Part shown: piece by piece, positions 49,485 to 63,209 of the stretch
Numbering within the stretch: the stretch's first letter is position 1
Layout of the letters: each line of letters opens with the position of its first letter
NCBI GenBank assembly: GCA_040954595.2
Contig: CM082598.2
Coordinates: forward strand, 3,107,154-3,171,153
Direction: 5' to 3'
DNA: 64,000 bases
DNA from: Balanoglossus misakiensis
Lineage: Eukaryota > Animalia > Hemichordata
Position numbers and translations under genes: made by a program
The notes under the pieces: model-generated
The model's input: the letters and a program-made list of their open reading frames with translations, nothing else
The model's database searches: none
What the model was told of the DNA's origin: nothing

Positions 49485-52400
49485 AGCTTGAGTTATACTA
49501 TTGACGAAAAAATCACATTTCCGTGTGGTTTAGACAAAGTCTTTAAAAAAACGGCCTTATGTGGTGTGTACAAACATTCAGTAGCATCCAATGATGAGGC
49601 GTCTTCGTTCTCTTCTTGGTTCGGTAAATGTAGAAAGGACTGGATATCTTATTTTGTCGTGGAAGGCCATGAAAACCGCTATGGGTTTATGGCGTGTGAC
49701 ATTAAATGCATACAGTGTAGGCCTGACAATTTACACTACATGTACTACGTATCTGTCTGACAATAAAATTTGTAACAAGTCCCAGAAGTTATGAGCCTGA
49801 GAGATATTAAGCAGAAGACCTGATAAAACAGTAACACGTTTTGTCGATTTTGAGAACGATTTGACACAGTGTGCCATAAAAGCGACGGAATGAACGAATT
49901 CTAAGACTAGTTCGGAAAATTCGGAGATTCGTGGTTCGTGAAATAAAAAAATACAGGTTTGGTCGAGAAAATGTTGGATTTGGTGCTTTGATAAACGAAA
50001 GTGTAGTAAAATAAGAAAACGGTTTCTAATTGGTGAAGATCCTAATGAGAATCAATGCACGTCAAAGGAATTAGTGGGGAAAGTAAAAAAAAATTACCTG
50101 AAAAATCCCAGCGCATAGTAGTGACCAACTGTGAGCGTTCATTTTATACAACGATTACGAGTCCTCCAACATAGACACTGAGCAAAGTCAGTAGATTTTG
50201 TCCATCCCTGCCTAGGGTCGACCCATACTTTATCGAGATTTGCATGATTTATGCGGTCGAATCCGGATTGATTTGGCCTGCTTGTACAGAAGGGTCCCCG
50301 AGTGCCACTTGACAAAAACAAATCAGCAGCGCGACGTACATGTACGTCATCCGAACTGCGCACTTGAGACGCCGTGTATAACACGTCACGGTCCAGCCCC
50401 CCACACAAAAAGCAGCCCAACTCTTTCATGAGTATTTCGAGTGTGGTACTGTATGATTGACGGCCCGGAAGAGAACTTAAGCATGAGCAACAAAGAGGGG
50501 GCATACATCAAGTAGATATATCCATCCAGTGACTCAGCATCACAGATCGCCACTTACTGTAGCACATGTACAACAATCGCAAAAGGGCATCTCTTTGTAT
50601 ACAATTACTCAGTCATACCATATTTCAGTATCAGTAATTCTCTGACTCTTGTCTGGATGCGCCTTTCTCTCTACAAGGTAGTACGCGCCCAAGGAACATA
50701 TTCTCAGAAAAACGATAGTCCCCAATCGTTCAATCCTTTGTGATATATATAAGTGTGTGAGGAAGTTAGTGCTTATTGTCAAATCTGTCAGTAACATAGT
50801 TCCCTGACTCCAAACCGGCAATGTGAGGCCACAAATTTTGACCCAGTCATACTGACTGACTTAAAAGCCACGCCACGGCTACCAGCGAGACGCGTCCGTC
50901 GTGCTAAAAACAGTCTTAAGGGTGAAGTGATATGATAGTTAAGACGCGCCTCCTTGTTTTGTAGACGAAGCAGAACATTTGGTTTTCAAACCCTGATCAT
51001 TTGACATATATTTGGATTGGTTGACAGTGGGAACTTGAATATTAAAAAAGGTGACGGGAAAATGGCATTTGATATTAGGAACGTGGAAATATAATTTACG
51101 CCTACATCATGTAAGATTTGTCACGTAACGGGCCAGCAACACACGGATGCGGCCAAGTCCAAATCACTACTCCCCCAGCTATGTGTTGTTGAGTGTCGTC
51201 ATGGCTACGACGTGACAAAAAAAAAGTGTTTCCGCTTTCCTTGAAAATTGAAAACAGGTTCAGTTCATATTGTCTTGACCAATGGTTTTCGAATTAACGT
51301 AATGTACCCACTAATTAATGTACAAGTCGACTGTAACACTACACAACAAAACTGTCAAAATTACAAGAATGTCATCTTATACTGACCAAAGCCATCAAAA
51401 CTGTATCAAACAATTATCTAATTTAAAGAAATTCTGTAGCCTAGTTCACAGAAATGTAACAACCGTAATAAATAATCAGACAGAATGTTATACCCATCAA
51501 CAAAAGTGAAACGAAATTTATTGAATTTTGACAACAGGAGATATTTATTATGGAAGGAGTTTTCCTGTCTTGATATTGAAGTTTGCTGTAGACCATATCA
51601 CCAGAGCTAGGGAGGCCTAATTTACATGACAATGTAAGCGTGCCGAACGCGAACGTGGGACGGGACATGCAGTGGATAAATAATTAACGTTTCCCTAAAT
51701 TCCCATCCTTCCAGACCATATTGGAGTTTATTTGGAAATTGGATATGCGGTTTTGAACCAACCCTGAGTTTTTAAGCAACGTATTGACTGGAATTCCTGG
51801 AAAATACAGGACTTACTCGTGGACTGACAGCGTGTTTATTGCCTAATTTGTGTGTAGGCCAACGGGACACTAACTTGTGCCGAATCATTTGACTAAGATT
51901 CACACCTGTTGTTTCGCCGTCAAGACGAGGTATTACACTTTTGGTGAGTCTTGTTTGTGTTTTCTTCAGCGAACGTAATTTTCATGGCTAGAAACATGTA
52001 CGGCATGATTCTAGCGTCCGAGCAGTTGCGTTCAAGTTAGTGCACTATGGGCGTGCACTGTATAGGACACGTCCATGGTTCATATATCATGGTCTCTAAG
52101 CTACATGCGGAGCGGTGTTGCTGACGCACCCTTCGCTGTTTGGTTTCTGGTAAAATTTACTGAGTATCATTCATTCTGGAATCTGCTCTAAACTTTAGTT
52201 TGTTTGTTTCCTTGCCGTCACGTCGCGTTGTAGCAGACGACAGGTTTTGAAATGTAGTCGAGTCTGCACGCGTATGATATGCGTACGCGTCGACGAAATA
52301 TACATACGCTCTAGAAACAGCGCATGCGCTTCAAACTGCTCGTCTCTAAGCAAGGGTTTCTCAAAGCAGTTCGCTCATCGTTTTAATTGGAAGTTTGCGG

Positions 52401-53661
52401 TCCTACGCGAAATCAACTTTGGAAGATGAGAGCTGGAGAACTACGGAAGTAAGTAATGATTTTCTAATCTTGTTGTATTTAGCTTAGGTATACGATCACC
52501 TGTTATTTACAATATGCAAATTATAATCGTGCAGTGCATCACTGCATGGTTATTTTGTATGGCTCATGGACATATAGTCTGAGTGTTTCATCCAGGATGA
52601 CATCAGCAGGGGGATATTTCCCCCTTTGCCAGAATTTTTCGGGGGGGGGGGGAGATTCCATTCTGGCAAGGGGGAATGTAATACCTCTTACATGTGAGTG
52701 ACTTCATTTTAAGGGGCATTGGTCCCCCCCCCCCCTTGTCAATGAGTAGTATTTGAAATTAATTTCAGGCCCAACTATGAAAAAACAGATTTTGTTGGGC
52801 AAGTGCTAGACCAGTTAGCACCTCATTGTCACTGTGAATCATTGCAGACAATTGAGTTTTCAGTGACATTTGTCAACTTCCTTGACATTTCCACTGAACA
52901 TTATGTTGAATTCAATACTGAAATCCTGCTTAAGAGGAACAAAGTCTCTCTCGCTGCCCTTTTCCATTAATTATGTTTGATACAAGACATCACTTATGTT
53001 AATGTCCATGTGAATGAACGTTCAATCACACGCAGCTTATAGCCGGCTTGTATGATATGAGAGTAAAAACTAAATAAATGGTTTCACTCACGTGTCTACA
53101 AGCGGGATGGAAGGTGTGTGTGTGGTTGAACATTCACTATATATCCACATGTACATTCACTTGGGCTTTTCTATGACACTAGTTACCTATCCAGTGGACC
53201 AAGTATGTGGAATACTTTATTCACCAGTATTATTTTTTGCTGAAAACAAAAATTTTGAAATTTAAATTCTGAGATTTTATTCTCACTATTTCTTATCAAA
53301 TTATCTGTAAAGAATGGGAAATAATACTATTCAATGGGATTTTATTTTAGCAGGAAAGGGTGTCCAGTGGGGGGGGGGGGGGGGATGGAAATAATTTCCT
53401 AGTGAAAATTAAATATTTTGTAATCTGAAAATTATTCACTACATCAGTGCAAAAAGGCATGTAGTGTAGTAATGTGGGTGTGTTCTGTGCCTTTAGGTAG
53501 AAACTAACTAGTTTTATGTTATTTTAATGTGTTTTAATAATTGATCTTGTGGCATATACTTGTCAACTGATATCATTGGCCTGCTTCGAGCATCACAGTA
53601 GGGATCATGTGGAATTACATGTTCCAGTATTAGGGTTACACATATCAGTTAGAGTTGATAG

Positions 53662-53828
53662 TTAAAGGTATACAGTCACCTCCAAATTACATACACCCAT
53701 ACATGGCTGAAATGGCGTATTTGAAGGTTCTAAAAAACATACGGTGGCGCTCTTTTTTTCGTGTGTGCCATCCACTCAAAATCCTTGATTGGCTAGCCAA
53801 ATTTCCATAGGTGACCGTATACCTTTAA
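53662..53828. mobile_element. Non-autonomous TTAA-flanked DNA transposon (Kolobok/piggyBac-like MITE)
   Basis: ttaaAGGTATACAGTCACCT ... AGGTGACCGTATACCTttaa: 16-bp TIR with 1 mismatch and TTAA on both sides; a related single end lies at 37559. Confidence 0.75.
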
Positions 53829-55182
53829 GTTTCTTACAGAGGACATGATCATGCATTTTTCAGTTTCTTTCTAGTTTTTTCTCATATGGGACATTGTATA
53901 ATGATTTATTTTTCTTTGTTACAGAATTGGTATAAACCACTGTATGTACCACTGGACATGTTCACTGCAACAGTGTCTTTGCAAGGACATCAAAGTTCTT
54001 GTGAATGTGTATTTTACTGTCAGTTTCAATTGAAATATAGAATCACAATAAAAACAAACTATTTTCCTTGTTTACTTGAAGTGGCAATAACACTTCATAA
54101 TCAGTTTACACATATGACATCTTCCAACATGAAACTTTTTTTGGAGAAATGTATCATTCTGTCATTAAATGATGTCAATATTATGCACTCAGATTTACAA
54201 GGTTACATGTATATATATTGTGATATGCATTTTGTTTCTTTTAGTCACATGAAGTCAATATATTTCATGAACCTTGACTCCTATACTAATAGTGTACATG
54301 TACTGTATTTCTCCACTACCGTTGAGGGCGCTTTAAGGCCACACTCAGGTCAGAGCTGGTCCAAAGATAACAGCTCACCTTGTCATCCTTGTCCTAGTAC
54401 ACAAGCTTCCCTTGAATGTTTAGATATCATATAGCCATACTGTATCACACAAGCATTGGCGCTTGTTGACTCAGTGGTCAGTCTCTGATTAGGCAGCTAT
54501 GTACTCACTCATTCATGCATTTACGGTCAAATTATAATATAGCTCAAACTCCTGGAATAGCACTTTGTGTTCTGTTATGAACATGTATCTGCCTTTAATT
54601 CCAATAGGAATGTCTTGATCAATATATAAATAGCTTTGGATGAAAAAAAGTAACAGTAAACAGTAAATAAACAGTATGTATAGAAATCAGGATAGTGACA
54701 ATTTTCTGACTTCTGGGTAGTCCACTAACTTAAAGGAATGGAACAAGAAATCGTTGCAGATGGTTAGATATGAAAAACATATCTTTACAAAATATCAAGG
54801 ACCCACAACCCACGCCACCAAATCACCTAGCGCATATTGAACTGGCCACGCAGAATGATTGAGCCACATTGCCAAATGTCACCGAGGTATATTGAATAAT
54901 TCTTTAAGCTCATTTCAGTCGACTTCGTTTGCCTGCTCCTGAGGCAATGTTATTTTATGTTTTGATGTAAATGTCAGGACACGTTATTCATTTAGTGGCA
55001 GAAAATCTGATAATAGTGATTGATGTGTGCGATAGGTGAACTCAGAATGTGCTCAAACTGTTACAAGAGAATTGTTTTACAGATTTAAACAATAACTTTC
55101 GTTCAATCGTAATATATTTCCACGCGTGACTGGTGTTTTTTTTAAATACCCGTCTCCTCACTGTACATCATCATCGTCTTTT

Positions 55183-55398
<216 letters not shown>

Positions 55399-56779
55399 AT
55401 CGCCCAGTGTCCAATTTATCTGCTATTTTCAAACCTATAGCATCCTCCGCAGAAACAAAAGAACATCATCGCACGGTCTTTGAAAACACGAGAATCACAA
55501 AAACGTGCCCTGCAAGAACACGACAAAAGTCTATTGGCCCTGGAACGTGTACACCTTTAACACGTGCTTGCAATACCATGTGACCCAGTTGCTATTGGTA
55601 TCCATATTCAAAGGCCCACCGCTGGCCCCTATCGAGTATAGTTAGCGTAGATTGCGTACATCTACCAGACTAATCCCCATTACTTAAAGACAGACTAGGG
55701 CATTATTAGAAGAAGCGTTAAAGTTCCTTCAAATAGGAAGAAAAACTTAAAGCAGTGTTTAAATATCGAGGTGTGTATGACATCACGCGAGGTTCTCTTG
55801 TACGTCAAATGACACATGCAGCTTATAGCTTACGCGTACAGCTCACAAATATGAAAAAGATTCATGTCGTTCGGCTTTCAGATATTAATATCGAAATGAT
55901 ATGAAATAGACGTGGCAAAGGATGTATTAATAGTAAGGTGCGAGATCCTAGATGGACTGAATTATGTCTCTAAAGTACGTTTTCTCGAGCCGCAAGCGAT
56001 GCGCCTTTCTGGGGCGTTTCTTTTCTCAATCTGTCTGAGCGTGACACAAGTTTTTGTCGTTTCAAATTGAAGAGTCTTCCCTAGTGGAACTACGAGGCGT
56101 ACTAAACCTGCTAAACATTGAATGGTTGCCGCGTGCGCCCGACATGGTTACCCCGTGAGGACAAGTCAATATTTGTTAAACCACTCGAGTTGCATTGCCG
56201 CGTTTGGGATGTTCCGTTCGCTAAGAAACGAGTTTAGGTATAACAAACTATCTACGAATAGCGAAGAGTGTCCGCCAAAAATGCCGAGATGTTAAGATGA
56301 TAGTAAGGTTATTTATGGTCACGCTGCGAATTGGAACTAAATACGTCGTTTGTTCGTCTACAGGATGAAGATATAGCGGTTTTAAATACAATACGTTCTT
56401 ATACATGTTTGACATGTTTTGATCGTCAACATTGTCGGGAGCTTATCACTTGTTGAACTCGTAAAAAAACAATTTTCTGACCTGGTACCCAATGTGGCGG
56501 GATTTTCAAACTCCGGAGAGGGGGCACCCAGTGTGGTGTCAAATGTCCGAGGGAGACCCAACGACATGACTGAACGAATCATCTTTCGTTTGGAACGTTT
56601 GGGACGAACGAATAAGACGAGAGCATAGGTTGAATCCGCTACAATTACCAAACTGTTACCCGTCAAATCCTCTGACATCGATCAGATCGGTGCAAAATTC
56701 ACCCGGCGGCCGCGCGCACCGTGTGAATGTCACACGCTCTTAAACTGTGAGGTGAGCTTGTTCTTAATCATAGACTTAC

Positions 56780-56902
56780 CTACAGTTGAAGAAATTACAG
56801 AAGATCCTTCTTTGACTCCGCGCTACCTGTATGTGGGCTTAACTCTGTTGAGCCGGGCTTGAGGACAGTGACGGACGGGGCCGGGAACCCACCCCCTTAT
56901 AT
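56780..56902 (-). promoter_or_regulatory. TATA box and probable non-coding first exon (about 56870-56780) of the dilp7-like gene
   Basis: Minus-strand ATATAAG at 56896-56902, Inr-like TCACT about 30 nt downstream, and a consensus donor TAG|gtaagt at 56780. The dilp7 ATG exon begins with a splice acceptor, so an upstream exon is required. Confidence 0.55.
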
Positions 56903-59750
56903 TCACAAGGCATTAGATCAACCATGAATGACCCTTGAGGAAAGGTGAACGGCCAGACACCCTAACTTGACGGTTCTGAATTATCCCCATAGCCGAAATG
57001 ATCATTAAAAAGTCTTTAATTACACATGTGCACGAATTAATGTATTATTAATAACGATCGCTTCACACTTAAATGTATATCGTACCAGGGTTTCAAACTA
57101 TTTCGTCCTCCCCAATATGTGTTCAATCCAGGCTGTTTCTTCCTTCACGACCTTCAGAGCTGACCCCACCCATCAACAATGCAGCAGATGTAGGAAATAT
57201 ATTGTCTGTCTTTGAAATAAATCTCAAGAAGGAAATGTACGGCGATTTCCGGGCCTCAAACATTTTGACATGTATCTTCGTATTCAATGTAAATAGTATA
57301 AATCAAAACCGACTGATTAGCTGTCCACTAAATTTTCACACTATCACGCCCAAAGCAGATATTTCCTTAAAAAATTGTCTCATACGTTTTCTGGTGATCA
57401 CGACATTATACCCTTTCACAACCATGGTTTAGCCCAAATCTATTGTTTTCCATGGTAAATTTGGGCATCTATAGGGGAACTGGGGGTGGAGGGTTGAACA
57501 ATAAAAACTAGTGACCGAATGATCTTTAAGCATTGGTCGCGTCTCGTTGACAGTTAGCAGAACTCCAATAAAATAATTTATTATAATAAGTTTTCTGATA
57601 CGACTAATTGCGATGGTACAAGTTAGAGAACCGTTCATGGAAGCAGTTTATTTTCCAATTATAGATGTGTTTAGTATAACGCATTCGTAAAGTCCAAGAA
57701 CTTTCTGATGAGAAACATGTGACAAGGCGATCACGTTGCCGATTGAAAGTTTGGATTTCAAAAGGTTTAATGTTTTGTGAGTCAACTACTACAGTTTTAG
57801 ATCCACTCTCTGAGGGTTGTTGAATACAGCACACACGTCATCATTTTTTGAAAACGGTGACGTCAATTATTAGAAGAGGGCGTTATTTGTCAAGAGTATC
57901 CCGTATAGCCTCGGTCCAGTTCATGTGACCAGCCGGTTTTTGCCAGCTTTACTTCGAAAACTACATCAAGAGTCATGCATGCCCCTGACCGTAAAGCTAA
58001 CGTGGGGAATCTCTGTCGGAAATTCTGAAAGATCTAAATGTATCTTATCAATGACAGTTTTACCCAACAAATGAAAATCAATTTTTGACTTCTCCCCATA
58101 AAACATATCCCTCCACCATCTGTTTTCCTTTTGATCTACCGTAACACGCACCACTAGCTGTCGAAATCAGTACAATCCGCTTTTTTCCCATGATTCAAAT
58201 TACACTAAACGCCATATTGGAAATTTTGCCAAATTTCCCTCGATTTTGTAAAAAATCGCGCGACTTATACAAGGCGAATATGTTTGTTTCTGAAAGAGTG
58301 ACATCAAAGCTACCAAATTATGTAGAAATCAGCTACGCCGGATTTCCCCTTTAATGAGGAGCATTATCATATACAGCCCACGCCAGAGCAGGAAGGAAAC
58401 TACGTTTTGTAGTGTGTTTTACAATCTTATGAGCGCCGTACTAACTATCTTCAAATTACTTGAGAGTAAACTATCAAGGAGATGCAGGCATTTGTGACGC
58501 ATTTTCGTCACGGTTCCCGGAAATAGATTCTCGGTTCGAGATTTCTGACAACGCTGTCTGTTCCAGCAAGCATTTAATTTTTTACCAACCTGTCGGGAAC
58601 TTTTTAACTGGTGCACAGCAGTATTCTTTAAAAAAAATGCAAATTCTTATACTAGTACTTTATATTTTTGCATACGAAGGTAGTCACAGAAATACAGCAT
58701 GTTCCAATCGATTCACTGGACAATAATGCAAATGAGGTGTTTTTTTTCGTGGAATTCAGATTTTTCTTTCGCTCGTTCACCGCAGATGTTGCTCTGTTTG
58801 CTCATTGGCACATAAGCAACAAAGAACTCGTAGCATATGGTTCATTTCCGACGCATACGACAACTTTCATTTAAGCTAACAGTTCCGCTAAAGTTGCCGG
58901 GGTAACAGCGGAAGCCGGGACCACGCGCGCAACGCGTTGTTGTCATTCCCGGTAGAATTAAATTCGCGTTATTTTTTTTTGAGTTGGTGACGGCGTGTTG
59001 ACCCACGAACCCCGTTTTAATCGATCTTAAATGTGTCGACAACGAAGCGATAAGACTTGCGGATGCATACCCTAACTAATTAGATGTATAATGAAAATAT
59101 CAGAAATCAGGAAGGTCTTGTGTGAGTGGATTTATTCAATTCAATCTTTCATTTCTGAGTTGATCACAAGCAACCACTCACTGTCAGACAGATGTACCGC
59201 CACGGGCCAATCATGATGAGTTTTTCTCCTTCGCCTCTGTCGCAAATGATCTGGTGTGAAATATCACCCGGACTCGGGACGCCCAGTAGTGAACTAGTGA
59301 CGGTGTGTGCTCTCTGTGTCGCCCACGTTGCGCTGATATGGGGGTCGCACAGGGACCTTTAAGACGATTCTTTGTGCGTGTGGACACCAGCGACTCAAAG
59401 GATTAATGCTCTGTGTTTACCATAGGCAAATAGTGTCTCAAATTTTACCCTGTGTGAACCTGGTATGAGTCTCGCTATTTACGAGAACAAGGAGGAGGGA
59501 CGCAGCAGTTTAAGAACTCCAATTTTTAGTATAAAATGGTACCTCTTTATACACGCTTACTTTAAAAACATTTCAGTCAGTCTGTCAGACATGTACCCCG
59601 TTCTTGCACAAGAACACTCTATCCGTCATGTTGCTTCGGGTGATACAAATCCGACATAATCCGAATCAAAAACCTAAGTTTTAAAGTAACATATCCAGTT
59701 ACAAACGTTATTGGCTCAGGGCCCTTTTCTTGTACTGCCATAGCCAGGTC

Positions 59751-59886
<136 letters not shown>

Positions 59887-61356
59887 CACCGCGCAAAAAC
59901 TACCACCGATAAATAGTCTCGATAATTCATCTTTATTACGCAATGATCTCCAATAATTTACATTCTTCCAGATGCAAAGTACATGTACAATGTTTATGTA
60001 AAAATCCCATATACGCTAGAGCGACATTATGTCTATTGTCAAACACGTTCAACTTTAAGGGAATAGAAAAAAAGGATTAATTCGGCAAAGAAAGTGGCAT
60101 CGGGTATGTGTATTTTCGAAAAGACGTCCAAAACATTTTTTCTACCACACCAATTTGAGCCTTGTTACAGCAAAACAAACGGCATTTTTAGATGATTTGT
60201 TCTTTTGACAGATTAATACAATCGAACCTGTCTATAGTTGCCACGAAGACGCATGTTATTGTTATGGTAAAGTGAAACGTTTATAAACTATGTGTGGCGA
60301 TTGAGAAAATGACGTCTTGCGGGTCGAAAATTGTTGTCGTTGGCAGTGTCACGGTATAAACTAAAGAAAATGTTACTGATTGGCTACCCCCCCCCCCAAC
60401 CCTCCAATTAGGGACATCTGTTGGCTCTGAGGTAGTTTCCATGACAATAGGCAAGCACCCTATGTATAACAGATCCAGTTTATCTTATTTGAAAGAATAG
60501 AAATTGCACGTGTAGATATGACTTCTAAACTTGGTAAAACTAAAGGGAACTTGTTCCATTTTTTTAAATGAATTAACTCCACCAGGTAGTATTCAAATAC
60601 ACGTGTATAGATCCCCTAGGTATTACGTCACCCCCAAGGAAAATATCTACGTTTGAACCACTCAAAGTGGCGACGTCACCATTTCCTGTGCACAAGGACA
60701 GCGAAAGTTCTGCTGTCTTCAGTCGTGCAAAAGTGACTCTGGACTTTACAATCGTGTTCCATCTGCGTGGAAGTCAACTTTCAAGTGTCCCTCCTGACCT
60801 CGGGAGAAAAGGGACTATCCTGATAACAGTGGCATAAGCATGACTGAGTATGGGCCAATAAATTACATGCAAGGACATTAGCATGACTGAGTTAGGCAAA
60901 ACACTTAAGCAGAAGCTATGTAAGTGTGAATCGAGAACCACCCGATAATCTCTTTCACCTTGAGATATTTCTCACACGCAAATAAATTATGAAAGATAGG
61001 AAAATAAATATAGAAAACTTGTACTCATTTTTTCTGAAGTGTTTGGTTTGACATCGTGCATAACTGGCACTGTAAAAGTTACGAGGTTATTACTACATCG
61101 TACATTCACAGAAGCTATCCGTGTCTTCATTTCTCCACTATCTCTCATGTTTGCAGGATGGTACAGCGCCCTCTTTGGTCACAGCCTGAGTTGTACGCTT
61201 GTCCCCTATCCCCACAGGGATGATCATCAGCCTGGCTGTGATAGATAACTGTGCATAGTCACACTGTGGTCTCCTTGGTAACGCAACCAGGGTATGACAT
61301 ACACTCACGGAGTGGCAATCACTGCTGTTCCAGCAAGAGATAGTTCATGCTGTTTA

Positions 61357-61650
61357 CTAAACAGTCACTGCGACATGTTTGGGTTCGCCTCGCGGCCTGA
61401 TTAGCGATTTATGTGACGTTTCCGCCTCGTCCCTGTCGTACTCAACGAACGGCTCTTGCGATCCCTCGCCCTCCTGAGACTCCGGACGTTTTCCCTTGGT
61501 GCCGTTCCTGCTGGACACAGCCGTTCCATCCTTCTCCCGGTGGTGCTTATACTCAAACTCGGTGTCTCGCACCATCCACCAATAATCGTCGGCTTCTCGA
61601 CTGTCTTGGTCCACGGCCGGGGCCTCATCGGCTTGCATTTGCGTACGAGC
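61357..61650 (-). CDS. IGF: IGF-like coding exon 3: acidic C-terminal tail
   Basis: ttattgcag|GCT CGT is phase 0 and matches the upstream donor; 97 open codons with coding-like composition. Confidence 0.75.
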   Translation of the reverse strand, partial: ARTQMQADEAPAVDQDSREADDYWWMVRDTEFEYKHHREKDGTAVSSRNGTKGKRPESQEGEGSQEPFVEYDRDEAETSHKSLIRPRGEPKHVAVTV

Positions 61651-62753
61651 CTGCAATAAAAGAACATTTTCATAATTTACAACAGAATTCGACAGTCAAT
61701 AGACCATTACCCGAACTCCACGAGACCCTTCGAGATCTCGCGTGGTCAGGCAGTTTATGTGGGCGGATAGTCATATGACTCATGACAAATAACATATGTT
61801 AAAGGGCACAAAAGTTACAATTTTGTTATTATAAACTCTGCACCTATTTTAGTTTGATACAAAGATTGACTTGTATTACTTGGTAAGCAACCCGTTGCTA
61901 TGGTAATTAACCAAGTCTCAATCTCGAGAAATATCGCCATGAACAGAAAACAGTACTCAGTAAATTTTAAATATTATGTTGCCTTGTGCTCTCGAAAGTG
62001 CAAACTAACTTACCAATTCGCCATCTGCAATGATTCTTGTAATTAAGGTCGGTTTCGCTTTTGTGCTGTTTTTCGTCTTTGCACGGGACTTTTTCCGCCG
62101 GTGTTCATCTGAAAGCCTTGCTTTTTCTTTATTCAGTTTCTTGTGTTTCCTGTGTTTTCGGTAAGAGCTCTTGTCCCGTCCGTGGATTTCGTCGTGTTCG
62201 TGTCCTTCGTAGTTGTCGTGCGAATGTTCAGTTGCTGTCTCTTCGTCTTCGATGTCGTCATCCGTCAGGTGGTAATCGTCTGCTGCATCTCTGGAATTTG
62301 ATTGGTCGTTTTCGCCGCCATCTTTGTGCGCGTCGGTTGTACCACTAACAGTGCGCGGCGTCGTTGTCGAGTCTGTTGTTGTTGTTGTTGTTGTGGGTTC
62401 CTCTTCCGGTTCCTGGTTGTACTTCCGGTAATAATCCTCCTCGTCCCAGTTGCCGAGTTTGAAGCCCTCGTATTTCTTGGCGGGGTCGACGTCCTTCGGC
62501 CACGGCGCACAGTAGCTCTCGATGGTCGGGTAGTCGCACGTTTTCTCGCAACATTCGACGACGATGAGACCCGTACCACGCCGACGCTTGCTTCTTGAAC
62601 TGCCGCCGCCGAAAAATCCATTGGCGGCTTCTTGTGTTGCAAACACTGAATAAAAAGGTGCACATACATGTTATCCAGGAAAATGATAATATTGTGACAT
62701 TAGGGGAAACGTGTTTCGATGTGTTTTCGGATAACAATTATATCTAAGATTTG

Positions 62754-62840
<87 letters not shown>

Positions 62841-63209
62841 CAACCACCACCGCCAAAAACATGACCACCACCACCAACATTTCTATCAACATAACCACCA
62901 CCACCACCACCACCACCACCACCAACAACAACAACATCATCATCATCATCCACCACGACCACCCCCACAAACATCACCACCACCTTCATCGCCTCTCGAG
63001 ATAAAATCACATGAGTATACCCTACCTGATTCCCTTGCCATTCTACTTTTATGATGTTTCGAAACGTCCGTGTAGTAGCCTCGCCCATGGCATACCAGTG
63101 CCAACATATCGGCCAGTGTTCTTCCGCAGAGTCTATCCCAAGCCAAACCCTCTCCGCAAAGAGCGAAGATGATAAGCGTAACCGTCAATGTCCTACTCGG
63201 TGAAACCAT
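61357..63209 (-). CDS. IGF: IGF-like peptide precursor, 3 coding exons (63209-63026, 62645-62014, 61650-61357), ~369 aa
   Basis: Signal MVSPSRTLTVTLIIFALCGEGLA; B chain WDRLCGRTLADMLALVCHGRGYY; A chain GLIVVECCEKTCDYPTIESYCAP; long charged D/E extension; canonical phase-1 intron in the C domain. Confidence 0.9.
62014..62645 (-). CDS. IGF: IGF-like coding exon 2: C domain, A chain and most of the E domain
   Basis: attcag|TG TTT GCA; IV.ECC...C...IESYC; TTG|gtaagt donor. Confidence 0.93.
62754..62950. repeat. (CAT)n/(CAC)n/(CAA)n repeat filling much of the IGF C-domain intron
   Basis: Read directly; lies between the donor at 63026 and the acceptor at 62645. Confidence 0.95.
63026..63209 (-). 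CDS. IGF: IGF-like coding exon 1: signal peptide + B chain
   Basis: aaacag|AAAAAT ATG; LCG..L...L..VC..RG motif; TCA G|gtaggg donor. Confidence 0.92.

Noticed and set aside
48406-50142. Alternative dilp7 signal-peptide exons (MNAHSWSLLCAGIFQ at ~50142-50098 plus a 31-nt exon at ~48436-48406)
   Set aside because: A much better signal peptide (MRTLLTILAVCLAFNVIISG) is contiguous and in frame at 48223, behind a strong acceptor.
53886-54434. 182-aa + strand ORF
   Set aside because: AT-rich with no recognisable domain or supported exon structure; likely a chance ORF.
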